A stretch of 64,000 nt of DNA from a virus. Taxonomy: Duplodnaviria > Caudoviricetes. The translations under genes were made by a program, and so were the position numbers. Positions 26,657 to 35,710 of this stretch are shown in pieces; within the stretch, counting starts at the first letter, position 1, and each line of letters opens with the position of its first letter. The DNA lies in the IMG/VR virus record IMGVR_UViG_3300021091_000011; one strand, written 5' to 3'. Under the pieces are notes generated by a model. The model searched no databases and was not told the origin of the DNA. It saw nothing but the letters and a program-made list of their open reading frames with translations.

Positions 26657-29600
26657 TCAAAAACGTCTCCGTGAGAACTCCAATGAGTTAGAAAACGCAG
26701 GGTGCGGACTGAGTTTGCGAGCGACGACTTGCATATCACGAAGCGACCAAGGCGCTTCGTAAACAGGATTCATAACGCCCTTCGGGATGAACAGCACGAA
26801 TTCCGACCCATCCGTAGATGCCGGATACTCCCGAACAGGAATCACGTCCCACGCTTCCTGAGCGTTAGACCAATGAAAGTGATAGGCTTTGCCGGGCTCT
26901 TTAGGCTTGGGTATGCTGGCAGGCTCTAAAGAGATTCGAGGCAGAACGCGATTTATCATGGGCGCGATCTGATTGAGTTCTGCGACACCACGCAAAACCA
27001 ACGTAGCCGGATGCGGCGTGCGAAAGATTTGAGGCGGTTCGATGTCCTCGGAGGCAAAGCGAAAGTGTCCCGCAGCTTCCCCACGGATGATTCTCTTGGC
27101 TTCAGCCTCGGCGCGTTGTAGGTCCGTGTGAATGCGAATCGGTAAATACTCCTGCGCGTCCGTGTCGAACAGAACGACGTGGTATTTCCCTTCGTGCTCG
27201 GTGATATGAACCTCGAAGCCGTCCTCGTTATTCTCTAGCACGAGAAGGGGCTTCTTACGGGGAGCGCGGTCATCCCACCATGCCGCCCCAACGAAACGAC
27301 TCGCCACCCGTCGGGCAGACGGCTTCTGACCCTCGTCGGCCTTGTCCATCTGATTTCTCACTTTCTCGGCCCACGCTTTGCCGGGGTCACCGCCCCAAAT
27401 CAGCCAAGCGACGTGGCCCTTATCGTTCCAGGGTGTGTCTTTGTTTTCGGGCGCGATGGACTTGTTCTTCTCGTGGCGTGAGAAAAACGCGACCATCTGG
27501 CGAATCACGTCGGGCGAAGTATTGTCCCGATTCTTCAGGTTCACCGCACGTTGAACGCCGGAACCGATGCCCTGCTTGCTCGCCTCGGCGGGCGTCAGAC
27601 CACCTTTGTTAGAGGGGCTGGCCTTCTGCCGATATTCAAGGCCCTTAGCGGCGGCGTCTGCCACGGACTTCGGCGGCTTGAAATCAATGTGCGAGTATTT
27701 ATCCGGAACCGCAGCCGTCTTGAGCAGTTTCCGATACAAGTCAGATTCGGTCAAATCAGGGTCCAAGACCAATAGACGCCGAATCGTATTCGTGACGTTC
27801 TTGATTTCCGCGCCGCTGATGCCCAACTCACGAATGAGCCTCGGCATATCAAACTTGCGACCAGGCTGGTCCAGCACTTCCAGCAAGGCCACGGCTTTAT
27901 CCGGCTCGGCTTCGGAGTACGCCCTGAACTGAGGCAACAGGTCTTGAGGCACGACAGACAAACGCTTGCCCATCGGCATCTGCAAGTCTAACAGGTCGAA
28001 CAGGAACTTCAGCTCCGAACGCCTGTTCGCCCAATTGTCTAACGCAGCCTTGAACGGCTTGTTCTCTTCGGCAATCTCACGCACTACGTCGAGCAGGCCC
28101 AACTTACCCATTTCGAGCAGGGCTTTTTTACCGACGCCAGGCTCAAAGAACGTCTCGACCAACATCGTGCTCAAATGAGCGGCAGGCATCTGCTTGAGTT
28201 TTTGCGCGTTGCGCTTGATGGAAGCCGCAACCTCGGCATCGATCCTGAACCCATACTTGAGCAAGAACTTGATCGCGCGAACCATCCGGCTAGGGTCGTC
28301 CGAAAAGACGATATCAGGGTCGTTCGGGCATCGCATCGTGCCCGATTGCAAATCCCTCAAACCGCAACCGGACAAGTCGATGATCTCGGCCTTATCAGGT
28401 CCATCGGCCAAGTCATGCAATCGCCAGAGCAACGTGTTGTGAACCACCACCCCATTCGCCACGAAAGCAGGCTCAACCCCCTCATTCATCGAGATGTCGA
28501 ACACATCCTGTTCCCCGGCATCCTCGACCGACGTGACTCCGACGTACTGATAACCCAAATCAAACAACCGCTGGAGATTGGCGTGCTCATCTGGGCTAAT
28601 GACCTTGAGGCTCGCCATAAAGCCATCAAAGTCCCCTCGGGCATGGGCATCGTGAAGAAGCCGTTGAATCTTGCGAACAGGCTCATAAACCCCAAACAAT
28701 GTCCGTGACGCGCCACCGTCCGTAACGTAAACGGACTGATTGGCATCCTGTTTACGACCTGCTACGAACCCCTTGATGTAATCCGCAGGGATGCCATAGC
28801 GGTTCCGGCTCTTGAACTTCCGACTCGTGTAGTCAAAAGTCTTGGTCACCATCCACGGATGGATCTTTGACCACAAAACTGCCGCATCCACAGCGTTAAC
28901 ATAAACGAATTCGCCCTCCACCTTGCCCAACACGCCATGAGCACCGAGTAGCACCTGAAGTTGCTGCCGGATGTGAGGAGATACGGAACGAAACACCATC
29001 CGGCCAGAGTCCGGTCGGATGGAGCCGTCACCCTCCAAGTAGGCGGCAAGGAACGCCGACTGACTTTGCTCGTCAGCCTGCAAGATGGACCACGGGACAA
29101 CCTTGTAGTGAGAAGCGGACCTGTCGTTTTTGCTCCCACCACAGTAAAGGCCCAAATCCTCCAACCAGCCCACCACAGCCTTGCTGTCAGCGTAGATATC
29201 GTAACCGTCCTTGTTGGCAACGAACTCCACCCCCCGCAGAATGCGAACGGACCCCTTTTCAACCACCTTGTTGCGAGAAGGTTGGAACCCGAAAACGGCT
29301 TGGAAGCACTCGACGTATCTGGAAATGAGGGCAGGATCGGAGTTGCTGAATGACACCCGCTTGTGGGTATTTGACCCCTCGGCTACCACACACCCGATCA
29401 CGAACGCCAACTCGGGCGTCATCACCGCAGGCTTGGTGACCTCCTTGAGAGCCCCCCGCTTCGGCTGCACAGGATCCGGCAATTCAAGGGCAAGAGGCGT
29501 CTGCCTCACCACTTGTCGCACGGGCACGCAGAGTAGATCTCCTTCTCCAAGTTGATCAGCCTGCACCCACTCATGGCGGCACCCCCGAAGAACTAGAACC

Positions 29601-30769
29601 GGATGATGGTGCGTGCAAGCGAAGGAATGGCCCCACTCGGTCGTCACCCGCAAGGTGGGGGCAAAACCGCTGTATTGCCACCCCACGGCGGTTGCAGGTC
29701 CATCCTGTCCCGCTACTTTCAGATTGATGTTCTGCTGGACCCCATCCTCTCGGGAAGCGATCTCGTCAATGCGGAGGATGCCCCTCTCAGTAGGGATGAG
29801 GGTGTCCCCCGCCATGCAGTTGAACGTGAACTCGCGTCGCACGACATCTTCTTGAATGGTCGCAGGCTCGACCATGTTCGGCTTGTAGCCTTTGCCGTCG
29901 TCACCGCCGTAACTCTCTTTGCGAGCGTTGGCGATTTCGATCACTTCGCCGGACAGGTCATAGCCGTTGAGAACCCACGGCCCTTTGATCGTCAGAATCG
30001 CCACGCCATAGTTGTTCGTGACAAGCGACGATTCGCAAGGCAAGGAATCGGCAATCTTGCGAGCGAACCAAGCCGAGTCTTTGCCACGCAGCGCGACCGA
30101 GTCGATCACCACGTCCACGTCTTTGATAGGTTGGCCGATGATGAAGTTTCTTACTGCGCCGCCCACGACGTAGACGTGCTTAGATACGCCTGCGTTTCGC
30201 GCAACAGCAGACAGAAACTTCATTACTTCGACTTGCTCGCTGGCCTGCTTCTTAAACTCAGGCATCGGCGGGACTTCCTCGCATTCCATCGCAGGAACGG
30301 TCACGAGGTTAGCCTCTACCTGATAGCCCAAGCCCTCTACGAGTTTGGTGTATCTCTTCAGGTACGGAGCGTTGTCGTCCCAAAAGACGACTTTGTCTAC
30401 TCCGGGAAACTTGCTCAGAAGTTTATTGATGACCTTGATCTTGAAAGCAGGCGTGTTGTTCGAATCCGAGAGGTAAACCTCATCGAACCGTAATCCGGCT
30501 GACTTTAACAACTCAGGCACGCGGTATCGAAAACTAGATTTGACCGGACGTCCCGTAATCATCACCGCATAGGTGTCCGGATTAGCGATAGAAGCCCGAG
30601 CCGCAGATACGGTCTTAGAAATCCACCACTCACCCGAAGGGTCAATCGGGACGCAAGGAGGATTCAGCGACTCGCTGGAAATCCACCAACGGTTGTCCCA
30701 ACCCTCGGGCGTTTCGGGGGAGCGAAATAGCGTCCCGTCGAAATCGTAAATGTGGAGTTCAAGGCCCAT
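26657..30769 (-). CDS. cca: Polyprotein: HAD (Swiss-Army-knife RNA-repair-like) phosphatase + class II tRNA nucleotidyltransferase (CCA/poly(A) polymerase) with intein + unknown domains
   Basis: LHIYDFDGTLFRSP; YVVGGAVRN...KDVDVV; EDVVRREFTFN; FSDDPSRMVRAIKF. Confidence 0.8.
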   Translation of the reverse strand: MGLELHIYDFDGTLFRSPETPEGWDNRWWISSESLNPPCVPIDPSGEWWISKTVSAARASIANPDTYAVMITGRPVKSSFRYRVPELLKSAGLRFDEVYLSDSNNTPAFKIKVINKLLSKFPGVDKVVFWDDNAPYLKRYTKLVEGLGYQVEANLVTVPAMECEEVPPMPEFKKQASEQVEVMKFLSAVARNAGVSKHVYVVGGAVRNFIIGQPIKDVDVVIDSVALRGKDSAWFARKIADSLPCESSLVTNNYGVAILTIKGPWVLNGYDLSGEVIEIANARKESYGGDDGKGYKPNMVEPATIQEDVVRREFTFNCMAGDTLIPTERGILRIDEIASREDGVQQNINLKVAGQDGPATAVGWQYSGFAPTLRVTTEWGHSFACTHHHPVLVLRGCRHEWVQADQLGEGDLLCVPVRQVVRQTPLALELPDPVQPKRGALKEVTKPAVMTPELAFVIGCVVAEGSNTHKRVSFSNSDPALISRYVECFQAVFGFQPSRNKVVEKGSVRILRGVEFVANKDGYDIYADSKAVVGWLEDLGLYCGGSKNDRSASHYKVVPWSILQADEQSQSAFLAAYLEGDGSIRPDSGRMVFRSVSPHIRQQLQVLLGAHGVLGKVEGEFVYVNAVDAAVLWSKIHPWMVTKTFDYTSRKFKSRNRYGIPADYIKGFVAGRKQDANQSVYVTDGGASRTLFGVYEPVRKIQRLLHDAHARGDFDGFMASLKVISPDEHANLQRLFDLGYQYVGVTSVEDAGEQDVFDISMNEGVEPAFVANGVVVHNTLLWRLHDLADGPDKAEIIDLSGCGLRDLQSGTMRCPNDPDIVFSDDPSRMVRAIKFLLKYGFRIDAEVAASIKRNAQKLKQMPAAHLSTMLVETFFEPGVGKKALLEMGKLGLLDVVREIAEENKPFKAALDNWANRRSELKFLFDLLDLQMPMGKRLSVVPQDLLPQFRAYSEAEPDKAVALLEVLDQPGRKFDMPRLIRELGISGAEIKNVTNTIRRLLVLDPDLTESDLYRKLLKTAAVPDKYSHIDFKPPKSVADAAAKGLEYRQKASPSNKGGLTPAEASKQGIGSGVQRAVNLKNRDNTSPDVIRQMVAFFSRHEKNKSIAPENKDTPWNDKGHVAWLIWGGDPGKAWAEKVRNQMDKADEGQKPSARRVASRFVGAAWWDDRAPRKKPLLVLENNEDGFEVHITEHEGKYHVVLFDTDAQEYLPIRIHTDLQRAEAEAKRIIRGEAAGHFRFASEDIEPPQIFRTPHPATLVLRGVAELNQIAPMINRVLPRISLEPASIPKPKEPGKAYHFHWSNAQEAWDVIPVREYPASTDGSEFVLFIPKGVMNPVYEAPWSLRDMQVVARKLSPHPAFSNSLEFSRRRF
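28436..29818 (-). mobile_element. Intein with LAGLIDADG homing endonuclease (461 aa)
   Basis: Starts CMAGDTLI, block B ACTHHHPV, endonuclease motifs VIGCVVAEGS and FLAAYLEGDGS, ends FVANGVVVHN followed by Thr. Confidence 0.92.
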
Positions 30770-30770
30770 C

Positions 30771-32864
30771 TCAGAAAATCAGCCCACCCATGACGATCTC
30801 GTTGACCTTCTCCTGTTCGGGCAGGTCATCAGCACGGACATTGTCCAATGCCGCGTTGTGCAGGCTGAACTCATTGGGATCAAAACGCGGCGCGAACAAA
30901 GACGCCGTGTGCTCGGCATCGTTGCTATTGGCTTGCTTAATCGTCGCAGCCTTCGCACGGCGAAGTTCATTCGCGTCGAAATCAGACGCCCTGACGATCA
31001 TCTTGTTGTAGACCGAGCAGCGCGTAGAACCGTCGGGCAAAGCATTAGCCATCGCGCAAGAGCCGCAACGGTCCATGCCCAACACCATCTTGACCTGATT
31101 CGCGCGATGCTTGAGGCCACCGTCCTCGCAGCCTTTTACGCCGCCGTCTTTCGAGGCGTAAACCGAAGCGTCGATGTATCTGAAGCCCGCCAAGCCCTCG
31201 TGCAAAGCACGAATCTTGGCGATGTTACCGTTGGCTTCTTTGAGCAGCGCGTCCGTGAACCGACTGCGAATAGCGTCGTCGAGATTCTTGCCCGCGAAGC
31301 CTTCGTTCATGGCGCGGCGAACCCAACCGACGGTTCCCGCTACCTTTTGCACGAGTCCAATCTCAGAGCCGACCTTAGCCAAGCGCACGTCACGGTCACC
31401 CGTGTCTTTTGCGACGCGAACCTCACGGGGCTTGTCAGTCAAGTGACCTTGCACGATGGGCGCGAGCATACGAACCGCAGCGACGCGCTCCGAAGGTTCA
31501 AAAGAAGTCTCGATCTTGTGGCGTAAGAACTCGCCGCTGAGACCACCTTCGACAGCCTTAGCGATTTTCGCAACCTTCGCTTGGATTTTCGCCAAACGAT
31601 TATTTTCATGCGCCTTGTCAATCGCGGCGACGTTAATCTCGCGTTTGCCAAGCGTCCTGATATCGGAAACAGAGCCTACGGTTTCTGTGGCGATGCGCGT
31701 TTGCCGCGCATCGTCCTGAAGCGCATTTTTGACGATGGGCGCAAGTAACTTGGCGGCTTCGGCTTGCTCGCTAGGCGCGAACATCGAAGCGACACGACGC
31801 ATTAGGATCGTGCCCTTTTCGCCGGATTCAACGCGGACCTTGATCGCCTCAACTTTGGCGACGACCGAACGGCGATTGCGATTCTCAAAGGCTTCCGCAG
31901 CGGCGTGCTCATTGAAGTTCGACTTGCCGAGTCGCTTGATTTCGCCGTCATGCGTCGGCACGTTGCTATTAGCAACACGCTTCGCAGGTCCAGCTAAGAA
32001 AGCATCACGCAGGGCTTTACGCGGGTCTTTGCCAGCAGGAGCCACGGTGTAACCCGCTGCCTTGAGTCGGGGCGCGTAGTGATTATAGGCTTCGGACCAA
32101 GGGATCGAAGCGACGACCTGCTTGCCCGTGTAATCACAACGGCCATTGTTGATCCACGTCGCCGTCTTGATCGTTTGCTCGTCGGCGATGATGAATCGAG
32201 CGGCCTTCGCGTGCTGATTTACAAAGTCCTTCCACTTGCCTTGCCCATAGTTCGGGAACGAGGCGAGTCGGATAAAGACGTTTCCCGCCAAGCCACGATC
32301 TCGCTCCACGGCGTCAACAATCGGCCTAATGGCGGCTTCATCGCCGCCCGCCGAAAGCGCGGCTTCACGGGCAATCTCAACCGAGCCCGTCTTAGCGATA
32401 AGACGACGGGACGCACGACGCGCAATCTCCGTCGTATTGACAGACTTGGTACGACGAACACCAATCACGCCTCGATCTCTTAGAACGCCTAAATCAACCT
32501 CGTGCGCCGTGATCGGGCGGTTGCTTTCCCATATTTCACGCAGTTCGGGCGCAAAGTCCAAACTGCGTGGCTTGTTCGGAAGTCGACTAGGGTCCGGCTC
32601 AAAATCAGACAGCCAACTCAGGTCGTTCAATGGGGCCTCGTTGATGACCACATCTAACTCAAGTTGGTCTGCCGCGCCTTTTGATAGGCCCGTAGGTAAG
32701 GCGGGAGGGGGCAGCAGATCGGGATCGAGCACGCCTTCGAGCACGCCCATTCCGTATTGCATATCCTCATAACCCTCTAGGCCGTAGTTAGACCCGAGCG
32801 TAGAAGTCGTAAGGTCCGCAGGGATTAGGGACTCGGCAACGTGAATGCGATTCTTGCCGGACAT
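30771..32864 (-). CDS. Large hypothetical head-region protein with internal duplication
   Basis: 697 aa; the repeated segment AKV..I...VE.G..G..L...F.PSE..A...LAPIV; Cys cluster near the C-terminus. Confidence 0.75.
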   Translation of the reverse strand: MSGKNRIHVAESLIPADLTTSTLGSNYGLEGYEDMQYGMGVLEGVLDPDLLPPPALPTGLSKGAADQLELDVVINEAPLNDLSWLSDFEPDPSRLPNKPRSLDFAPELREIWESNRPITAHEVDLGVLRDRGVIGVRRTKSVNTTEIARRASRRLIAKTGSVEIAREAALSAGGDEAAIRPIVDAVERDRGLAGNVFIRLASFPNYGQGKWKDFVNQHAKAARFIIADEQTIKTATWINNGRCDYTGKQVVASIPWSEAYNHYAPRLKAAGYTVAPAGKDPRKALRDAFLAGPAKRVANSNVPTHDGEIKRLGKSNFNEHAAAEAFENRNRRSVVAKVEAIKVRVESGEKGTILMRRVASMFAPSEQAEAAKLLAPIVKNALQDDARQTRIATETVGSVSDIRTLGKREINVAAIDKAHENNRLAKIQAKVAKIAKAVEGGLSGEFLRHKIETSFEPSERVAAVRMLAPIVQGHLTDKPREVRVAKDTGDRDVRLAKVGSEIGLVQKVAGTVGWVRRAMNEGFAGKNLDDAIRSRFTDALLKEANGNIAKIRALHEGLAGFRYIDASVYASKDGGVKGCEDGGLKHRANQVKMVLGMDRCGSCAMANALPDGSTRCSVYNKMIVRASDFDANELRRAKAATIKQANSNDAEHTASLFAPRFDPNEFSLHNAALDNVRADDLPEQEKVNEIVMGGLIF

Positions 32865-33541
32865 TAGCGCGTCCTCTTCATTATGCTGTGTGCAATCGAA
32901 AGGGCTTCGACCGCCTGCGCGTAAGCAGGGTCGGCCCGATCAATACCCTTAGACGCCGCGATGATTTGGCTCGCAAGACGAACCAAAGGATCGCTAGAAG
33001 CCGTTTTCCCAATAGGGGCGGCTTCTTCCTCTTCCTCGGCCCATTGCTCGGGATCGTCTTTGATTTCCTCTGCCTCTTCGACGATCTGCTTGACCTCTTC
33101 ACGGTCACGCGGGGTCATCTTATCTTCAGCAGGGTTCCAATGCGGCGCGTTAATCTCGTCGTGAAGCGTGTCGGTAAAGGCCGAAAGCACTTCCACGCAG
33201 TTCATTAGTTGGCGGCGCATATCCGTAATCTTTTGGATATATCCCATGCCGCCGAGCGCGCCGTCAGGTGAGACGTTTCGGGACTTGATTTTCACGAATC
33301 GTGCGTGCGCGCTAGTCGCATGGCCCAAAGCCATGAGTGCCGAACGCAAGGACAATGCTAGGGGTTTTAGTTCCCGCGCATTGAACATAAAGTTCTCAGA
33401 GATAGCGCGCTCAGACGCACCCGGAGGCGTCCACGCCCACTCTTTAGAATCGCCAGAACGGTCCTTAATGAACCGAACTTCACCCGCCTGCTTATTCAAC
33501 GCGGCGATACGGGCGATCTTTTTGGGATCAGGAGCATTCAC
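32864..33541 (-). CDS. Hypothetical protein
   Basis: 225 aa with KQAG and KTAS motifs; promoter motif upstream. Confidence 0.75.
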   Translation of the reverse strand: MNAPDPKKIARIAALNKQAGEVRFIKDRSGDSKEWAWTPPGASERAISENFMFNARELKPLALSLRSALMALGHATSAHARFVKIKSRNVSPDGALGGMGYIQKITDMRRQLMNCVEVLSAFTDTLHDEINAPHWNPAEDKMTPRDREEVKQIVEEAEEIKDDPEQWAEEEEEAAPIGKTASSDPLVRLASQIIAASKGIDRADPAYAQAVEALSIAHSIMKRTR

Positions 33542-33602
33542 GCAAAAACCCCTTGGAGCAAGACGCTACCAATGGTTTGCGTGATATAGGCGCGCTAACG
33601 CC

Positions 33603-34250
33603 TCAACCTTTGAGCGGCGATCCGTCGTCGTCGAACAAGCGGCTGACCTCAAACGCACCGTCAGCCGTCTTGGTCACGTTCCACAAATCATTCGTGCTCT
33701 TGTGAACCAAGAGATTGCTCGATACGCGCAAAAAACCCGTGAGATCGCCAAGCGAAGCGACCTTGATTGCAGGTGATCCACCCGTCAACACGGAAAGCGT
33801 TTCGGGCGTGCAAGTGATGGATGCGTATGGATCACGCCCACCAATCTGACCCTGCACGACAACGAGATGATCGGGTAGCGATTGTTTTGGCTGCTTCGCA
33901 TCATCAACAGGCGAAACGGTCGCGCCCAAGCCACCGCCACCCCACGCGCCCCAAGTCACGGAAACCTGATTCGTGTCTAGGTTCACGAGAGCCGTGAAGC
34001 CTCTGGCACCGTCGTCACCAGCGGAATACATGGAGAACGAAGATCCCGTGTAAACCGTCACCTTGCGCTTGCTGAATCTTACTTCAGCCAACGCACGCTG
34101 TACGGGCTTGGGGAGTTTGCTGACCAAGGCAGGAACGCCAAAAGAAGCAGACTTGGAAATCGTGCCCCGAACCGTCTCAAAATCCGAGCCGATGGACTTA
34201 CTACGCAAGTGCTCGTCAATCGACGGGGAAGAACCCCACTTGATATTCAT
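33603..34250 (-). CDS. Hypothetical protein
   Basis: 215 aa; ATGA coupling with the upstream TopIB gene. Confidence 0.7.
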   Translation of the reverse strand: MNIKWGSSPSIDEHLRSKSIGSDFETVRGTISKSASFGVPALVSKLPKPVQRALAEVRFSKRKVTVYTGSSFSMYSAGDDGARGFTALVNLDTNQVSVTWGAWGGGGLGATVSPVDDAKQPKQSLPDHLVVVQGQIGGRDPYASITCTPETLSVLTGGSPAIKVASLGDLTGFLRVSSNLLVHKSTNDLWNVTKTADGAFEVSRLFDDDGSPLKG

Positions 34251-35710
34251 GCGGCCTCCAATGCAGCGCGGACAAAGTTGACGAAACCGAAACTAATGGT
34301 TAAGTCACCCGCCATGATAGTATTCGTGATAGATGAATCAAGGCGACCCTGAGACAAGAAACGCAGAAGAACGGTCGGATTGATGTAATTCTCAACCGTC
34401 ACGTCAGGGTCCTCGTGCGATAAGGCTTCTTGGGATTTCGCCACCGCCCGTGACGTGGCCCGCAAAACCGCGTCGGCAATGGTTTCCCGAACACGCTTAC
34501 TCTTGGCGATTTTGCGTATCTCCGCGTAAAGCACTTCCTGTTCGATTAACAGGTTGGAGTAGAACGTCTCGGTCGCTTTCAACCGCCGAAGCGTTCTAGG
34601 CGTAAAGCCAAACTGAGCGCAATACGCGCGAACCTGATCTACACGCAACGGCTCACCACGGCCTGTACGCAGGATTCTAGGCACGCCGTCTTTAATGGCC
34701 TTGTCGTAATACTGCTTGAACGTCTTGACCAAAACAGGGTCCGAGAACCGAGCCTTGTTCACGCCGCCCATCTTGCCGTGAAACTCTAGCGTAACGACGG
34801 AACCAGAAAACTTGACGTGCTCGACTTCAATGTCCGTCGCACCGTGGGTTTTCAACCAGATTTTATCCGGCGAAGCGTCTTGTTGTGCCTTGCTCCGCAG
34901 GGGGACGTTTTTCACCGGATCCCAAAAGATGCCGTTGCCTTCGTTGCTTGGACGAATGCCCGTATCCAGCATGATGCTGACGGCGACGGCGCATAATTGG
35001 TCCACCGAACCGAATGGACCACGCAGCGAAGAACGTATCTCTTTGCGAAGCGTGTCCATGCCTTCAAGCAGTTCAACGATTCGCTGATGCTTCACGTCAA
35101 CCGTTTCGCCCACGTTGGCGAAGCGTTCAGTCAACGCCGCGATATTGCCATCGGGGTCCAAATCAACGACGAGATTCGAGGGCAAGAAATCCAAAAACTC
35201 AGGGATTTCCGTTCGCAGTATCTCGCGGTGCCTGAATAACTCGGCGTCTTTGTAGTATGAAGCGATAATCAGTCGCGCGATGTCGTCGGCGTAGACCTGA
35301 GTTTCGTCTTTCGATTGGGCGGCATCACGAATCTTGTAGATGACCGTCTTGTGCCTCGACGATATATCAGGTCCGATGTACGTCTCTAAAAAGTCCAGCA
35401 CGGATTGGTCCGCGATGAGCAACTTGACCAACTCGCGGTCGCTAATCTCGGACTTGACGTACTTGCGCCGCAGTTTCGTCACGAGCACGAAAAAAGCGGG
35501 GATGGATTCGTTGGCGATTTTCTGCGCGGCTTTTTGGTCTTGCAGGGTGCGCTTTTCGTTTTGACGCTTCAGGCGCAATACTGCGGGCGAGCCGACTTCA
35601 GCCGCAGCCTTAGAAATAGGCGGGAACAGGTCGTCAAAGTGGACGTCAGGTTCAGGACGTTGAATCCCACGCGCGTCCTCATATTCCGTTATGGCGTCTG
35701 CGAAACTCAT
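34247..35710 (-). CDS. Second topoisomerase IB-like (tyrosine recombinase fold) protein
   Basis: DTGIRPSN, FHGKMG, RTLRR, LSH, VENY: R/K/R/H/Y all present. Confidence 0.75.
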   Translation of the reverse strand: MSFADAITEYEDARGIQRPEPDVHFDDLFPPISKAAAEVGSPAVLRLKRQNEKRTLQDQKAAQKIANESIPAFFVLVTKLRRKYVKSEISDRELVKLLIADQSVLDFLETYIGPDISSRHKTVIYKIRDAAQSKDETQVYADDIARLIIASYYKDAELFRHREILRTEIPEFLDFLPSNLVVDLDPDGNIAALTERFANVGETVDVKHQRIVELLEGMDTLRKEIRSSLRGPFGSVDQLCAVAVSIMLDTGIRPSNEGNGIFWDPVKNVPLRSKAQQDASPDKIWLKTHGATDIEVEHVKFSGSVVTLEFHGKMGGVNKARFSDPVLVKTFKQYYDKAIKDGVPRILRTGRGEPLRVDQVRAYCAQFGFTPRTLRRLKATETFYSNLLIEQEVLYAEIRKIAKSKRVRETIADAVLRATSRAVAKSQEALSHEDPDVTVENYINPTVLLRFLSQGRLDSSITNTIMAGDLTISFGFVNFVRAALEAA

